Shown: positions 29,410 through 39,870, counted from the first letter of the whole stretch. The stretch is DNA of 63,975 nt, filler included, from Candidatus Woesearchaeota archaeon (GCA_023266675.1; 5 parts of 5 records of this genome joined end to end with filler, not necessarily neighbours in it), one strand, 5' to 3'. Program-made: numbers and translations. The notes: generated from the sequence alone by a model not told the origin.

Positions 29410-29706
29410 ATGAAAAATTATCATAAAGAAATGAAAGATAAAGTAAAAATTATTTTATACATTTCTATTTTTATAATATTAATATTATCCTTAAAAGGAA
29501 AACAGAATTATATTGATATGATAAATAAATGGTTACCTAGTATTTTAATTAGTATAGTTACAACAAGTATTAGTCAAATTATATTACAAAAGTTTACAGG
29601 TACATTTTTTGAAAAAATTCTTTTACCAATAAAAATAGGAGAATTTAGATTTTATATATCTTTATTTTTAATATTAACTATAATAATAAAATTAATTTTA
29701 TTTTAA
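29410..29706 (+). CDS. Small membrane protein
   Basis: Three hydrophobic segments, abutting the previous gene, very AT-rich. Confidence 0.55.
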   Translation: MKNYHKEMKDKVKIILYISIFIILILSLKGKQNYIDMINKWLPSILISIVTTSISQIILQKFTGTFFEKILLPIKIGEFRFYISLFLILTIIIKLILF

Positions 29707-29708
29707 TT

Positions 29709-30851
29709 CTACCCAAACCATGCGCCAAGTCCAGTTTGTTTTTCAGGTTCTTTTCCAAAGACGTCTTCAACTGCTCGCTGAACCAAATCCAAACTTTGTT
29801 TTAGATAAGGAGAGACATTGTATTTTTTTGCCAAACTAATAGCCGGCTCAAGATATTTCACAATTGATCCTTCTGATATTGTGAATATTATTTTACCTGA
29901 ACATTTAGTGCAGACGCCAATCAACGGCGGTCGCCTGAATTTCTCATTGCATTTGACACATCTAAATTCTTGCTGCGAAAACTTACGAAGATTCCCTTTT
30001 ATGTCTTTCATGAAATGCTTTTCAATAACGAGCCTTGCAACATCTGACTCGTCAACTGCAACTATTTTTTCTGCCAAAAACATCTGCCCTCGAAGCTTCT
30101 CCTCCATTGAAGGAAGTGTTTTATATGATGAACACATGACGCCTGAATTCAAGTTAGTCGTATCGTGAGTAAATCCCATTCCTTCATACTGTGCTGGTGT
30201 TGCAAGCACGTCATCAATCTGCCTGACTTTTACTTCCCACGGATTCTTAAAGAGTAATGCTGCTTCATAAAGTTCAAGCGGATACTTCCATGCAATATCA
30301 AGCCCATGGACTTCGTCGTCAACTTCTGATGGCACAATCATTGAAGTTAAAACAAGCGGTGCGTCCATTGTTCTTGAACCACGCCTGTCAGGAAGAAACG
30401 TTCTTGAAAAATTAAGCAAAGCATCAAGAAGCATCATAACACACGCTTCATCCCCATCACAGTTTCTTCTCATTGCAGCATGAAACATTGGGTGGCAGTA
30501 CATTCCTTGTGTTCTTGAAAATCCAATTATCCTTCCAACCATCCCTGCGCTTGTGTGAGGAGCAAGTCCAATGACAAGAGTTCCAAGAAGGTCATCCCTA
30601 GTTTTAACGTGATAATAAGCTTTTTCTCCATAAAGTGTTTCAAGAAGTTCATCAATGAATTGACAAACTCTTATCAAAACAGTACTTGAGAATTCATCCG
30701 GTGACTCCTGTGAATCTGGAAGGATTATGTCCTGCGGTAAAAGTTCAAGTATCTGCTCATCGTTTTCCAAAACAACTCCATGAATGTCTTTTATGTATCC
30801 AAGTTCATGAAGCTTTGCAACACCAACAGATACTTCTTTTGGTTTGAAATG
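29709..30851 (-). CDS. polC: DNA polymerase D large subunit (DP2), C-terminal part; 5' end cut by gap
   Basis: GLAPHTSAG, RRNCDGDE catalytic motif, MDAPLVL, zinc finger CVKC...CTKC, PIP-like QTGLGAWF. Confidence 0.97.
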   Translation of the reverse strand, partial: HFKPKEVSVGVAKLHELGYIKDIHGVVLENDEQILELLPQDIILPDSQESPDEFSSTVLIRVCQFIDELLETLYGEKAYYHVKTRDDLLGTLVIGLAPHTSAGMVGRIIGFSRTQGMYCHPMFHAAMRRNCDGDEACVMMLLDALLNFSRTFLPDRRGSRTMDAPLVLTSMIVPSEVDDEVHGLDIAWKYPLELYEAALLFKNPWEVKVRQIDDVLATPAQYEGMGFTHDTTNLNSGVMCSSYKTLPSMEEKLRGQMFLAEKIVAVDESDVARLVIEKHFMKDIKGNLRKFSQQEFRCVKCNEKFRRPPLIGVCTKCSGKIIFTISEGSIVKYLEPAISLAKKYNVSPYLKQSLDLVQRAVEDVFGKEPEKQTGLGAWFG

Positions 30852-30852
30852 A

Positions 30853-30952
30853 NNNNNNNNNNNNNNNNNNNNNNNNNNNNNNNNNNNNNNNNNNNNTTAA
30901 TTAATTAANNNNNNNNNNNNNNNNNNNNNNNNNNNNNNNNNNNNNNNNNNNN
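30853..30952. other. Artificial contig linker
   Basis: N-run, TTAATTAATTAA (stops in all frames), N-run. Confidence 0.99.
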
Positions 30953-31067
30953 GTAATTCTTGTGGAGATTTTCTTACAACTCTCCCTTTTTCAATTTCTT
31001 TATTTAGCTTTGCAACAGAGGCGCCAGGTCTTTCTCCATCTTCATGTTTTCTACCAAAATGTCCCAT
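30953..31067 (-). CDS. 5' fragment of a hypothetical gene cut by the gap
   Basis: GGAG Shine-Dalgarno and TTTATAAA box upstream; MGHFGRKHEDGERPG... open to the gap. Confidence 0.45.
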
Positions 31068-31119
31068 CTCCTTTAGAAAACAAATTTATTTATAAATGTT
31101 ACTACTAATTAGTCTATAA

Positions 31120-32520
31120 TTAAATCTTCTTCCACTTTGTGCCGTCTTTAGAATCTTCAAGAACTATTCCCTTATGTTTCAATTCATTTCTTATTTTATC
31201 AGCTTTTGCAAAGTCTTTTTGTTTCTTAGCATTATCCCTCTCTTTGATTAGTGCTTCAATTTCACCATTAACTTCTGCAATTTCTTCTTTCATATTTTTA
31301 AATCCAAGACCAAGAACTCTATCAAAATCAAGAAGTATTGAATACTTGTCTTTGTTTGAGATTTTTTCATCCTTTAAAACATGATACATCAACGCAAGTA
31401 CTTTTGGCATGTTCAAGTCGTCATTAATCAGTTCCTTGAATTCTTCAGTGTATCTGTGGTCAAGCCTCTTATGAATTTCTCCGTCATCGTCTTTCTTTAT
31501 TTCTATTACCTTATTCTTCAAAGCATTAAAAGAGTTCCTTGAAGATTCAAGGCCATCAAAACTGAATTTCAGTTGCTGTTTGTAATGCGCAGTCAGGCAA
31601 AAATACCGATAAACTATCGGGTCAAATCCTTTGTCAACAAGTGTTTGAAGCTTTAAGAAGTTGTCACCGCTTTTTGCCATTTTATCCTTATCAATCACCA
31701 AGAATTCACCATGCAGCCAGTATTTCACCCACGGATGCTTGTTAAACGCAGCTTCACTTTGCGCGATCTCATTTGTGTGGTGAACCTGAATATGATCAAT
31801 TCCCCCTGTGTGGATATCAAACTGCTCTCCTAAATACTTTGAAGACATTGCTGAGCATTCTATATGCCAGCCAGGGTATCCTTTGCCAAAAGGCGAGTCC
31901 CATTTCATTTCCTGCTCGTCAAACTTTGATTTTGTAAACCACAAAACAAAATCATTAGGGTTTCTTTTATTTTTGTCAGCGTCAACTCTTGATTTTTTTT
32001 CAGAGTCATCATTTTCAAGTCTTGCAAGACGTCCGTAATCTTTGAATTTTGAAGTGTCAAAATAAATATTTCCGCCAGCGGAATAAGCATAGCCGTTTTT
32101 CTCAATCTTTCTTATTATCTCAATCATTTCTTTAATGTGGTCGGTTGCTTTTGGTATAATTTCAGGCGTCTCAATATTCAATTTTTCCAAGTCAACCATG
32201 AACGCTTTTGTGTAAAACTCAGCTAACTCATAAACAGTTTTTTTCTCACGCTTTGCGCCTTTAAGCATCTTGTCTTCACCTGAATCAGCGTCGGAAGTCA
32301 AATGCCCAACATCAGTTATATTCATAACGTGCTTTAAATTGTAACCATTATACTTTAGCGTTCTTCGTAGAACGTCATTAAAAACATAAGTCCTAAGATT
32401 TCCAATATGAGCATAGTTATACACTGTAGGACCGCACGAGTAAAGTCCAACTTCACCATCTTTTATCGGCTTAAAAACTTCTTTTTTACGAGCGAGAGTA
32501 TTATACAATTTTAAAGTCAT
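31120..32520 (-). CDS. cysS: Cysteinyl-tRNA synthetase
   Basis: CGPTVY, HIGN, PGWHIECSAMS, KMAKS. Confidence 0.97.
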   Translation of the reverse strand: MTLKLYNTLARKKEVFKPIKDGEVGLYSCGPTVYNYAHIGNLRTYVFNDVLRRTLKYNGYNLKHVMNITDVGHLTSDADSGEDKMLKGAKREKKTVYELAEFYTKAFMVDLEKLNIETPEIIPKATDHIKEMIEIIRKIEKNGYAYSAGGNIYFDTSKFKDYGRLARLENDDSEKKSRVDADKNKRNPNDFVLWFTKSKFDEQEMKWDSPFGKGYPGWHIECSAMSSKYLGEQFDIHTGGIDHIQVHHTNEIAQSEAAFNKHPWVKYWLHGEFLVIDKDKMAKSGDNFLKLQTLVDKGFDPIVYRYFCLTAHYKQQLKFSFDGLESSRNSFNALKNKVIEIKKDDDGEIHKRLDHRYTEEFKELINDDLNMPKVLALMYHVLKDEKISNKDKYSILLDFDRVLGLGFKNMKEEIAEVNGEIEALIKERDNAKKQKDFAKADKIRNELKHKGIVLEDSKDGTKWKKI

Positions 32521-32668
32521 AACCTTAATTAGAACACGGTATTATTTAAAATTATAGGAAATAATCACTACTTATCTCTTTTTATTAAGTATCTCTATTT
32601 TTGTTTGGTAAACTATTCTTATAACTATTTAGATATATTTAAAAACGCAAACTATCATTTATTATTTA

Positions 32669-32929
32669 ATGTCACTAGATGAAAACGTTGACGCTTTAAT
32701 ACAGACTAATCTTAGAACAACGTTTCTTAATCAATCTTTAATTTCTCTTATACCTGGAGTCTATGCACATTACAGCATAAACAGCACATTAAATAACTCG
32801 GAGCTTACAGAACAGCAGAAGGTTTTTGAGATAGTTGTATCACACATACCAAAAGAAATAGCATTGAATGTAGCACGCGTCGGAGCTGTTTATGCATTAT
32901 ACAACTTTTATCAGTTCCTGCAGCATTAA
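32669..32929 (+). CDS. Small hypothetical protein
   Basis: 86-aa ORF with TTTAAAAA box upstream. Confidence 0.5.
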   Translation: MSLDENVDALIQTNLRTTFLNQSLISLIPGVYAHYSINSTLNNSELTEQQKVFEIVVSHIPKEIALNVARVGAVYALYNFYQFLQH

Positions 32930-33135
32930 TTATTCAAATCTCATTTATCATACATATCTTTAAAAATAATCACTCATTACTTGAAGTTATGGCTTTCAAG
33001 AAAAGGCAGCATAGCTGAAAATATTTTAATTCTTCTGATTAGTTATAACTTTTAAAACAATATTTAAAATAAAATTAATGTTAAAAATATACTGTTAAAA
33101 TAACCTATTTACAAATAATTAAACGGTGATTAAAT

Positions 33136-34146
33136 ATGCAAAATAAAAATGAAAAAAAACTTTATTATAACTTAAAAAAATCAGTTGATTTGTCACGCCT
33201 TCCAAAAATAGAAGGATACAATTTTGAGAAAAATGATTTTGAAAAAATCTTGGAGTCATTTAATACAACTGGTCTACAGGCAGGCGAGCTTGGTCGCGCA
33301 ATTGAAATAACAAAAACAATGATTAGGGAAAAAGTTCCGCTGTTTCTTTCATACACATCAAACATGGTATCATCAGGCGTTAGGGAGCACATATGTTACC
33401 TTGTTAAAAATAATAAAGTAAATGTTCTTGTGACTGCTGCAGGAGGAATCGAGGAGGATGTCATCAAGGCAAGGATGCCTTTTAGTGTTGGAGATTTCAA
33501 TGCAAAAGGAGAAACTCTTTTTGACTCCGGCGTATCACGAATAGGAAATATCTTCACAACAAACGAACATTACACTTATTTTGAGTTCTTCATGAGAAAA
33601 GTTTTTGACAAATTGATGGAAGAAAAGACAAAAGACGGCTACTGCATTGTCTCGCCTAGTGAGATAGCAGAGATGATGGGTAGATTGATTGAAAGCGAGG
33701 AAGAGTATGATTTTAACTCATCAATAGTCTACAATGCGTATAAAAATAAGATTCCAATATTTTGTCCAGGAATTGTTGACGGCGCAATTGGGGACATGCT
33801 TTATTTTTACAAAAAAAACCATTCAAACTTTGTGCTTGACACTGCACGTGACCATGAAAGAATAATTGATTACACTTTGCAGCAGGAAAAGACTGGTGCG
33901 ATAATACTTGGAGGCGGAATATCGAAGCACTATGTTTTAAATGCAAACATATTCAAGGAAGGGCTTGACTATGCAGTATACATCTCAACTGCGCAGGGGT
34001 TTGACGGCTCAGACAGCGGCGGAAATGTGGATGAAGCAATATCTTGGGCAAAAGTTAAACCAACTGCAATGCATGCAAAAGTTTATTGTGAGGCATCCAT
34101 TGCTTTTCCACTTTTAGTTGCTGCAAGCTTTGCCAAGAAAAACTAA
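33136..34146 (+). CDS. dys: Deoxyhypusine synthase
   Basis: SYTSNMVSSG, TAAGGIEED, LGGGISKH, DGSDSG, EAISWAK. Confidence 0.95.
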   Translation: MQNKNEKKLYYNLKKSVDLSRLPKIEGYNFEKNDFEKILESFNTTGLQAGELGRAIEITKTMIREKVPLFLSYTSNMVSSGVREHICYLVKNNKVNVLVTAAGGIEEDVIKARMPFSVGDFNAKGETLFDSGVSRIGNIFTTNEHYTYFEFFMRKVFDKLMEEKTKDGYCIVSPSEIAEMMGRLIESEEEYDFNSSIVYNAYKNKIPIFCPGIVDGAIGDMLYFYKKNHSNFVLDTARDHERIIDYTLQQEKTGAIILGGGISKHYVLNANIFKEGLDYAVYISTAQGFDGSDSGGNVDEAISWAKVKPTAMHAKVYCEASIAFPLLVAASFAKKN

Positions 34147-34156
34147 TTTTTTTTAT

Positions 34157-34834
34157 CTATCTTTTTTTGCAGATAAACAAACAGTGATCTTTCTCGTAAG
34201 GGTCAAGCTCTTTGTAGTCAACTATCGTAATGACTTTTTCAAGTTCTTCACGCACTTTCCTAAAGACATCTTTTGGCTTTTTTGTAACGTCTATACTTCT
34301 TGATTTTACAAAATAAAGTCCAAATCCTCCGCTTTTCAGATACATGTCAACATTTTTTAAGAATATTTCTGTCTGGTTTTTTTGAGCAATATCCATATAG
34401 ATGACATCAGCTTGTGTTACAAGATGTGTGTATGTCAAAGGCTTATTTGCGTTTGCAAGTATTGGTGCAATATTTTTTCTTTTTTCAGCTAAAAAGACAA
34501 GGTCTTTAACCATACGAGGCGCAAAGTCTAGAGCAAAAACAAATCCTTTTTCGCCTACAATATCAGATATGTGGGATGGTGTTGTCCCTGATGAAGCGCC
34601 AAGATAAAGCACTATTTCGCCTTCTCTAATCCCTATCTGTGAAACTCCTTTCTGGATTGCAGCTGCAAGTTTACTTCGCTTATGGTTCCACTCCCTATAC
34701 TCGTCATTTCCAATTTTGACAATTTCCTCATCATAAACAACATTTCCTTTGTAGAGATTCTTAGTAAAAAAAGTCTTCTTACCTTTCCTGTCTTCAAAAT
34801 AAATATTTGGAAACTTATAATTATACGGTTGCAT
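34157..34834 (-). CDS. flpA: Fibrillarin-like rRNA 2'-O-methyltransferase
   Basis: YREWNHKRSKLAAAI, LYLGASSGTTPSHISD, RSIDVT, LDPYEKDH; start refined to MQPYN. Confidence 0.96.
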   Translation of the reverse strand: MQPYNYKFPNIYFEDRKGKKTFFTKNLYKGNVVYDEEIVKIGNDEYREWNHKRSKLAAAIQKGVSQIGIREGEIVLYLGASSGTTPSHISDIVGEKGFVFALDFAPRMVKDLVFLAEKRKNIAPILANANKPLTYTHLVTQADVIYMDIAQKNQTEIFLKNVDMYLKSGGFGLYFVKSRSIDVTKKPKDVFRKVREELEKVITIVDYKELDPYEKDHCLFICKKR

Positions 34835-34934
34835 ACACTTTAGAATAAAGTTTTTGTATTTAAAATCTTCGTATAATAATCTGTACACATTATATATGGC
34901 AAAATATTTAAACAAAATATCCCAAAATAAGGAT

Positions 34935-35822
34935 ATGAAATCAAAAAAAGGGTTTTTAGTATCACAGATGTTTATTTATGCATTTGGAATTATCGTTGCT
35001 ATACTGATTCTATACTCAGGGTATAAGGCAATATTTACTTTTTCTTCATCAGCAGAAACGTCAACGTTTACTACACTTCAGGCAAAGTTATCAAGCGATT
35101 TGGAGAGTCTGGCTTTGCATAAAGGGGAGGTAAAAACATTCTCTTACTCTATTCCTTACGGATATAATCAGGTATGTGCGTTTGATTTAATTAATGATTC
35201 CAATCTACAGGCTTCAATATTTGAGTTTTTTCCGTTTCTTAGGCAAAGCATAGAAGAAAAATCCGAGAACATATTTTTCATCAATAATAACAAGGTTTTC
35301 GGAATTAGAGTACCTGCGTTAAAAATCAAAGGATACCCATATTATGCATGTGTAAATCTAAAAGGCAATGAGCTGACTTTTAACGCCAAAGGAGATGTAT
35401 ATAATGGCGAGCGTGTAGCAATGCTTCTTACAAGCAATAAGGTTGAAGTTGATTTATCACTACCATATTTACACGATTCATGCACTAACCTTAACTCACA
35501 GTGTCATAAATTAAAGTCAAACCTTGAAATTATTTCTTCAGATGGACTTGCAAAAATGATTATACTCAAAGATACGGAAGTAACACTTCCAGTAGGAAAT
35601 AAAAGTTTATACATTAAAATAAATGGTGCAGGCAGAGGGAGTAATGAGTACGATTGGGGACCAGCAGGAACTAAATTTACAAATAATTTAATCAAGTTAG
35701 GCATTAAGAAAAGTGATTGTGAATCTAATGTTCCTTTCAAACTTAAAGATAAAGATGAAAATTATATATCTACTGTTACATGTGAAGAAGGATTTGCTAT
35801 CTGGACTTTTTCAGAAATCTAA
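34935..35822 (+). CDS. Pilin-like protein with class III signal peptide
   Basis: MKSKKG|FLVSQMFIYAFGIIVAILIL followed by a Cys-containing globular domain. Confidence 0.7.
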   Translation: MKSKKGFLVSQMFIYAFGIIVAILILYSGYKAIFTFSSSAETSTFTTLQAKLSSDLESLALHKGEVKTFSYSIPYGYNQVCAFDLINDSNLQASIFEFFPFLRQSIEEKSENIFFINNNKVFGIRVPALKIKGYPYYACVNLKGNELTFNAKGDVYNGERVAMLLTSNKVEVDLSLPYLHDSCTNLNSQCHKLKSNLEIISSDGLAKMIILKDTEVTLPVGNKSLYIKINGAGRGSNEYDWGPAGTKFTNNLIKLGIKKSDCESNVPFKLKDKDENYISTVTCEEGFAIWTFSEI

Positions 35823-36769
35823 CTAAACTTCTTTTCCAAATCCTTTCTTAGTTTGTCACCAATGAATTCTCCCTTAAAGAAATCAACTTTTATCGCGATA
35901 GAAATCTTGTCAGCAAGAGCTTTTGCAACTTTTCCTTTATCCTGCCTTTTGGCTTTCATAACAAGCGGATGCTGCAAAAGTATTCCATACTTAGGAGACC
36001 TTGCGCCAGTCTTGATATGCCTAAACAATGCTTCTTCAGCGCCAAGCAACTGGATTGTTGACGCAGGCATAAACGCCATTTTCTCAACGCTTCCGGCCTT
36101 TGCAATCATCTTTGCGCCGATATTAGTTCCAGTAATCTCATGAAAATTATGGCATATATTTTTCATAACGCCTTCCATATAATCCTCTGTTTTGCGTCTT
36201 TCAGCATAAAGTCCTTCAACAGCCTTTGCTAGCGAAAGAATCTTTTCAACATCATTATCCCTAAGGTCTTTTCCCATGGATACATCAACCTTCAATTCAT
36301 GCAGAAGTTTATTTTTGTCTTTTTCCAATATCACTTTAACGAATGTTTCATTGTCAGATATCAGTTCTGACGCTTCAGGAAGATACAGCGAATACCATTC
36401 GCGAAGTCTTTTACACAGTCCATTTGCAATTTTATCAATGTCTTCAGTTGTTTTAACGGCCTGGATAATCAGCAAATCATCCTTAACTGACTCTGAAACA
36501 AGCTTTTTTGTGTTAAATAAATTCACCGAATAAAACTCTTTAGCGTCTTTTCTAAAGTTTTCAAGAATCCTGTTGATTATATTTGCGCTGTCAGTCTTTT
36601 TTATATGCGGATGCTTTTTAATCAAACTCTTCTCAGACTCAAGCTCTTCTCCTTTTGAGAGCAGGTAAGCGTTTTTCACAGCTTCCTCTTTACTAAACAG
36701 CACTTTCTCCTTTATATGAAAATGCTCATCTATCACAAAGCTTCCGATTGCGTTTGAAAAAAGGTACAT
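35819..36769 (-). CDS. nop5: Nop5 (Nop56/58) box C/D RNP protein
   Basis: RLREWYSLYLPE, PASTIQLLGAEEALFRH, PKYG; start refined to MYLFSN. Confidence 0.93.
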   Translation of the reverse strand: MYLFSNAIGSFVIDEHFHIKEKVLFSKEEAVKNAYLLSKGEELESEKSLIKKHPHIKKTDSANIINRILENFRKDAKEFYSVNLFNTKKLVSESVKDDLLIIQAVKTTEDIDKIANGLCKRLREWYSLYLPEASELISDNETFVKVILEKDKNKLLHELKVDVSMGKDLRDNDVEKILSLAKAVEGLYAERRKTEDYMEGVMKNICHNFHEITGTNIGAKMIAKAGSVEKMAFMPASTIQLLGAEEALFRHIKTGARSPKYGILLQHPLVMKAKRQDKGKVAKALADKISIAIKVDFFKGEFIGDKLRKDLEKKFS

Positions 36770-36856
36770 AAAACTCAATAATATCAGTTCATATTTAAAT
36801 TTAATTGATGAACTGCAACCGTCTGATTTCATTTCAACAAAATCTTTATAAACAAC

Positions 36857-36888
36857 TATCAGTTTCTGATATATCACTTAGTGATATA
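36857..36888. promoter_or_regulatory. Two tandem TATCAS-N3-STGATA palindromes, likely PadR operators
   Basis: TATCAG-TTT-CTGATA and TATATCAC-TTA-GTGATATA just downstream of the TTTATAAA box at 36845. Confidence 0.65.
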
Positions 36889-36924
36889 GTTATATTTAAG
36901 AGTTATATTCAATGGGAGAAAAAG

Positions 36925-37443
36925 ATGATATTCAAGTCACATATGAAGCTTAGCGTGCTTAAAAATCTGAAAAATAAAGATCAGACAGGATACGACCTGA
37001 TAACTTCAATCGGCGAGTTTGGAGGCAAAAAACCTTCAGCAGGCTACATTTATCCACTCTTAAAGGAGCTTGAAGAGAAAAATTTCCTGACTTTAAAAAG
37101 CGAAGGAAGAAGAAAAATTTATCTTATAACTCCAAAAGGAAAGACACTTTTGGAGAATATGCAGAAAAACCATGATGAGATGCTAAATAATATGATTAGC
37201 ACAATTGGGCCTATCGCTGAAAAGGGAGAAATGGAGAAATATGTCGCATTTCAGTCAAGGCTTCAAAAATACAAAAACCAGATGCTTAGGGACATTGACA
37301 TTTTAGATGGATTCCACAAGGCGATGTATAAAATTTATGATAAAAATGATCCTTCATCAAGAAAGAAACTGAGGGATACAATAAAAGAATCTACAAAAAA
37401 ACTTGAAAGAATCTCAGGTAAAAACAATAAGGTGAAAAAATGA
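36925..37443 (+). CDS. PadR-family transcriptional regulator
   Basis: GYDLI...PSAGYIYPLLKELEE...RRKIYLITPKG. Confidence 0.92.
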   Translation: MIFKSHMKLSVLKNLKNKDQTGYDLITSIGEFGGKKPSAGYIYPLLKELEEKNFLTLKSEGRRKIYLITPKGKTLLENMQKNHDEMLNNMISTIGPIAEKGEMEKYVAFQSRLQKYKNQMLRDIDILDGFHKAMYKIYDKNDPSSRKKLRDTIKESTKKLERISGKNNKVKK

Positions 37444-38372
37444 ATAAAAAAATAATTATTTTAATAACAACACTTTTGATGACATTCTCATCAGTCTTCG
37501 CGTCTATCAATCAGACTGATATGTCCGGAAATTCAAACGTTGGCGTGAATAAAGATGCAGCGTTTATCATAACAACATTAAAATATGAACCTTACCCTGT
37601 TAATGCAGGCGATTGGTTTGATGTATGGATTCAAGTTCAAAATATAGGACAGAATGACGCTTTAAACTCAAAATTTGAGATAGTGCCAGAATACCCTTTC
37701 TCAACAAACGAAAATAGCAGTCAGTCATTTAATACAATAAGCGGCACGATAAACGCCAACAAAAATTTAAAATCAGGAGAACAGAATCCTCAGGAAAATA
37801 TTGTTGTATTGAAATATAGGGTAAAGGTTGCAGACAATGCAAAAGAAGGGGAGAATAACTTAAAATTCAAGGCAACTATAAGTGGAGTTAATGTTCATTC
37901 CTATGATATGCCTATCTATATAGATAAAACCAAAACAGATTTTAAAATCGTTATGCGCGACGTAAATTCTAGAAGAACAACATTCTCAATAGCGAATATC
38001 GGTGAAAAACAGGCCAGTGCAATAACAATCCAGGTCAAAGATGACAGCATACTTTTGGATAAAACAAATGCAGAACTTATACTAGGAACATTGAATATCG
38101 GTGAATTCTCAACAATGTCTTTTCCAATAATACCAAATGAAACTATAAAGGAAATAACATTTGATATAGGATATACAGATGTAAGCGGAGTTAGAACAAA
38201 CATTGAAAAAACGGTTCCGGTAAAAATATTAAAAGAAGATGAAACTGCGGATTTATCAAAATCAAACCTTAGTTTGACTTTTTATGAAAGATATTCAAAA
38301 GAACTATACGGGGTTTTCGGATTAATTGCAGGGTTGTTAATCATGACATTGATAAATAAGCGAAAAAAATAA
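37440..38372 (+). CDS. Exported COG1361-type (S-layer-domain-like) protein with C-terminal anchor
   Basis: Signal peptide, KYEPYPVNAGDWFDVWIQVQNIG, SIANIG, C-terminal TM helix plus basic tail. Confidence 0.75.
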   Translation: MNKKIIILITTLLMTFSSVFASINQTDMSGNSNVGVNKDAAFIITTLKYEPYPVNAGDWFDVWIQVQNIGQNDALNSKFEIVPEYPFSTNENSSQSFNTISGTINANKNLKSGEQNPQENIVVLKYRVKVADNAKEGENNLKFKATISGVNVHSYDMPIYIDKTKTDFKIVMRDVNSRRTTFSIANIGEKQASAITIQVKDDSILLDKTNAELILGTLNIGEFSTMSFPIIPNETIKEITFDIGYTDVSGVRTNIEKTVPVKILKEDETADLSKSNLSLTFYERYSKELYGVFGLIAGLLIMTLINKRKK

Positions 38373-38389
38373 TTTAAGAGCTGATTTTA

Positions 38390-39025
38390 ATGAAAGAAAA
38401 AAATAAAGAAGAAACCAAACGAAAAAAACCAGTCTTGTTTATAATATTGCTTTTAGTGTTTATCATCGGAGGAATTGCAGGATATGACTATTGGAATATA
38501 CTTCAAACAAGAGTATACACTGAAAAAGCAGTAATTAATGCACCAATAATAACACTGTCTCCATTAAATAGCGGTACGCTTGACCGAGTCATGGTAAAAG
38601 AAGGAGACTCAGTAAGAACAGATATGATACTTGCAACAATTAACGGAGTTTCGCTTAAATCAAAAACCGAAGGAGAAATAATCTCTGTTCAAAATATCCC
38701 AGGACAATTTGTAAACACCCAAACACCGCTCATTAAGATGATTAATCCAAAAGAGTTTCGAGTTATTGGGACAATCGATGAAAATAAAGGATTTAATGAT
38801 ATAAAACTAGGACAAAAAGTTGAGTTTATAGTTGATGCATTTGAACCAAAAAAATATTATGGAACTGTTGACAGCATATCACCATCATCAAGACAGCAGG
38901 ATATTATCTTTAGCATATCAGACAAGCGGGCAGTAAACCAATTTGATGTAAAAGTATCTTATGATATCAATAAATACCCGGAACTTAAAAATGGGATGTC
39001 TGCAAAGATATGGATCTATAAATAA
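38390..39025 (+). CDS. HlyD/EmrA-like membrane fusion (adaptor) protein, short form
   Basis: N-terminal TM, GTLDRVMVKEGDSV lipoyl half, GQKVEFIVDAF, LKNGMSA. Confidence 0.85.
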   Translation: MKEKNKEETKRKKPVLFIILLLVFIIGGIAGYDYWNILQTRVYTEKAVINAPIITLSPLNSGTLDRVMVKEGDSVRTDMILATINGVSLKSKTEGEIISVQNIPGQFVNTQTPLIKMINPKEFRVIGTIDENKGFNDIKLGQKVEFIVDAFEPKKYYGTVDSISPSSRQQDIIFSISDKRAVNQFDVKVSYDINKYPELKNGMSAKIWIYK

Positions 39026-39053
39026 CCTTTTTGTTTTAAAATAATTTTTTAAT

Positions 39054-39770
39054 ATGGGCTTATCAAAAAACGTCTCTAAACTTAAAAATGAAGAGTTTTC
39101 TAAAGATAAAAATGCTGAAATAATAAAAAAAGACAACACCAGATGGTGGATACTTGCAACAGTAATGATAGGTACATTTCTTGGAGGATTAAACCAATCT
39201 GTTTCAAATCTTGCACTTCCAAAAATAATTGACCAATTTGGAATAACAGTCTCACAGGCAGCATGGATATCAACAGCATACATCATCGCAAATGCTGTGC
39301 TTGTTCCGGTATGGGGAAAACTCGGAGATACAATAGGACGTAAAAAAGTTTACCTTACAGGATTTATAATCTTTATTTTTGGCTCAATTCTTGTCGGCTT
39401 TTCATGGAATCTTACTTCAATGTTAATCTTCCGGGTTATACAAGGAATCGCAGTATCAGCGGATTATCCAACGGCAATGGCAATAATAGCAGTCACATTC
39501 ACCGATGGACGCGAGCGGGCCAAAGCTTTAGGAATATGGTCAGCGTCATTTGCAGTTTCATCAGTACTTGGACCGTTACTTGGAGGTCCAATAATCGATA
39601 ATTTTGGATGGAATGCAGTTTTTTTTATGATGCTTCCAATAGGGCTAATTGGAATGTTTATGGCAATAACATTCGTCAAGGAATCAGTTTCAGAAAAAAA
39701 GAATGTAGCCTTTGATTTTTATGGCGCAATAACACTTGGAGTATCACTTTCAAGCCTAGTGCTTGTCCTT
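39054..39770 (+). CDS. DHA2-family MFS efflux pump (EmrB/QacA), cut by gap
   Basis: NLALPKI, WISTAY, GKLGDTIGRKK, GPLLGG. Confidence 0.92.
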
Positions 39771-39870
39771 NNNNNNNNNNNNNNNNNNNNNNNNNNNNNN
39801 NNNNNNNNNNNNNNTTAATTAATTAANNNNNNNNNNNNNNNNNNNNNNNNNNNNNNNNNNNNNNNNNNNN
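39771..39870. other. Artificial contig linker
   Basis: N-run with TTAATTAATTAA. Confidence 0.99.

Noticed and set aside
29709..30851. Intein in PolD DP2
   Set aside because: The RRNCDGDE region is contiguous in the visible part
30853..30952. TTAATTAATTAA motif recurring four times
   Set aside because: Artificial contig linker; adjacency across these points is not biological
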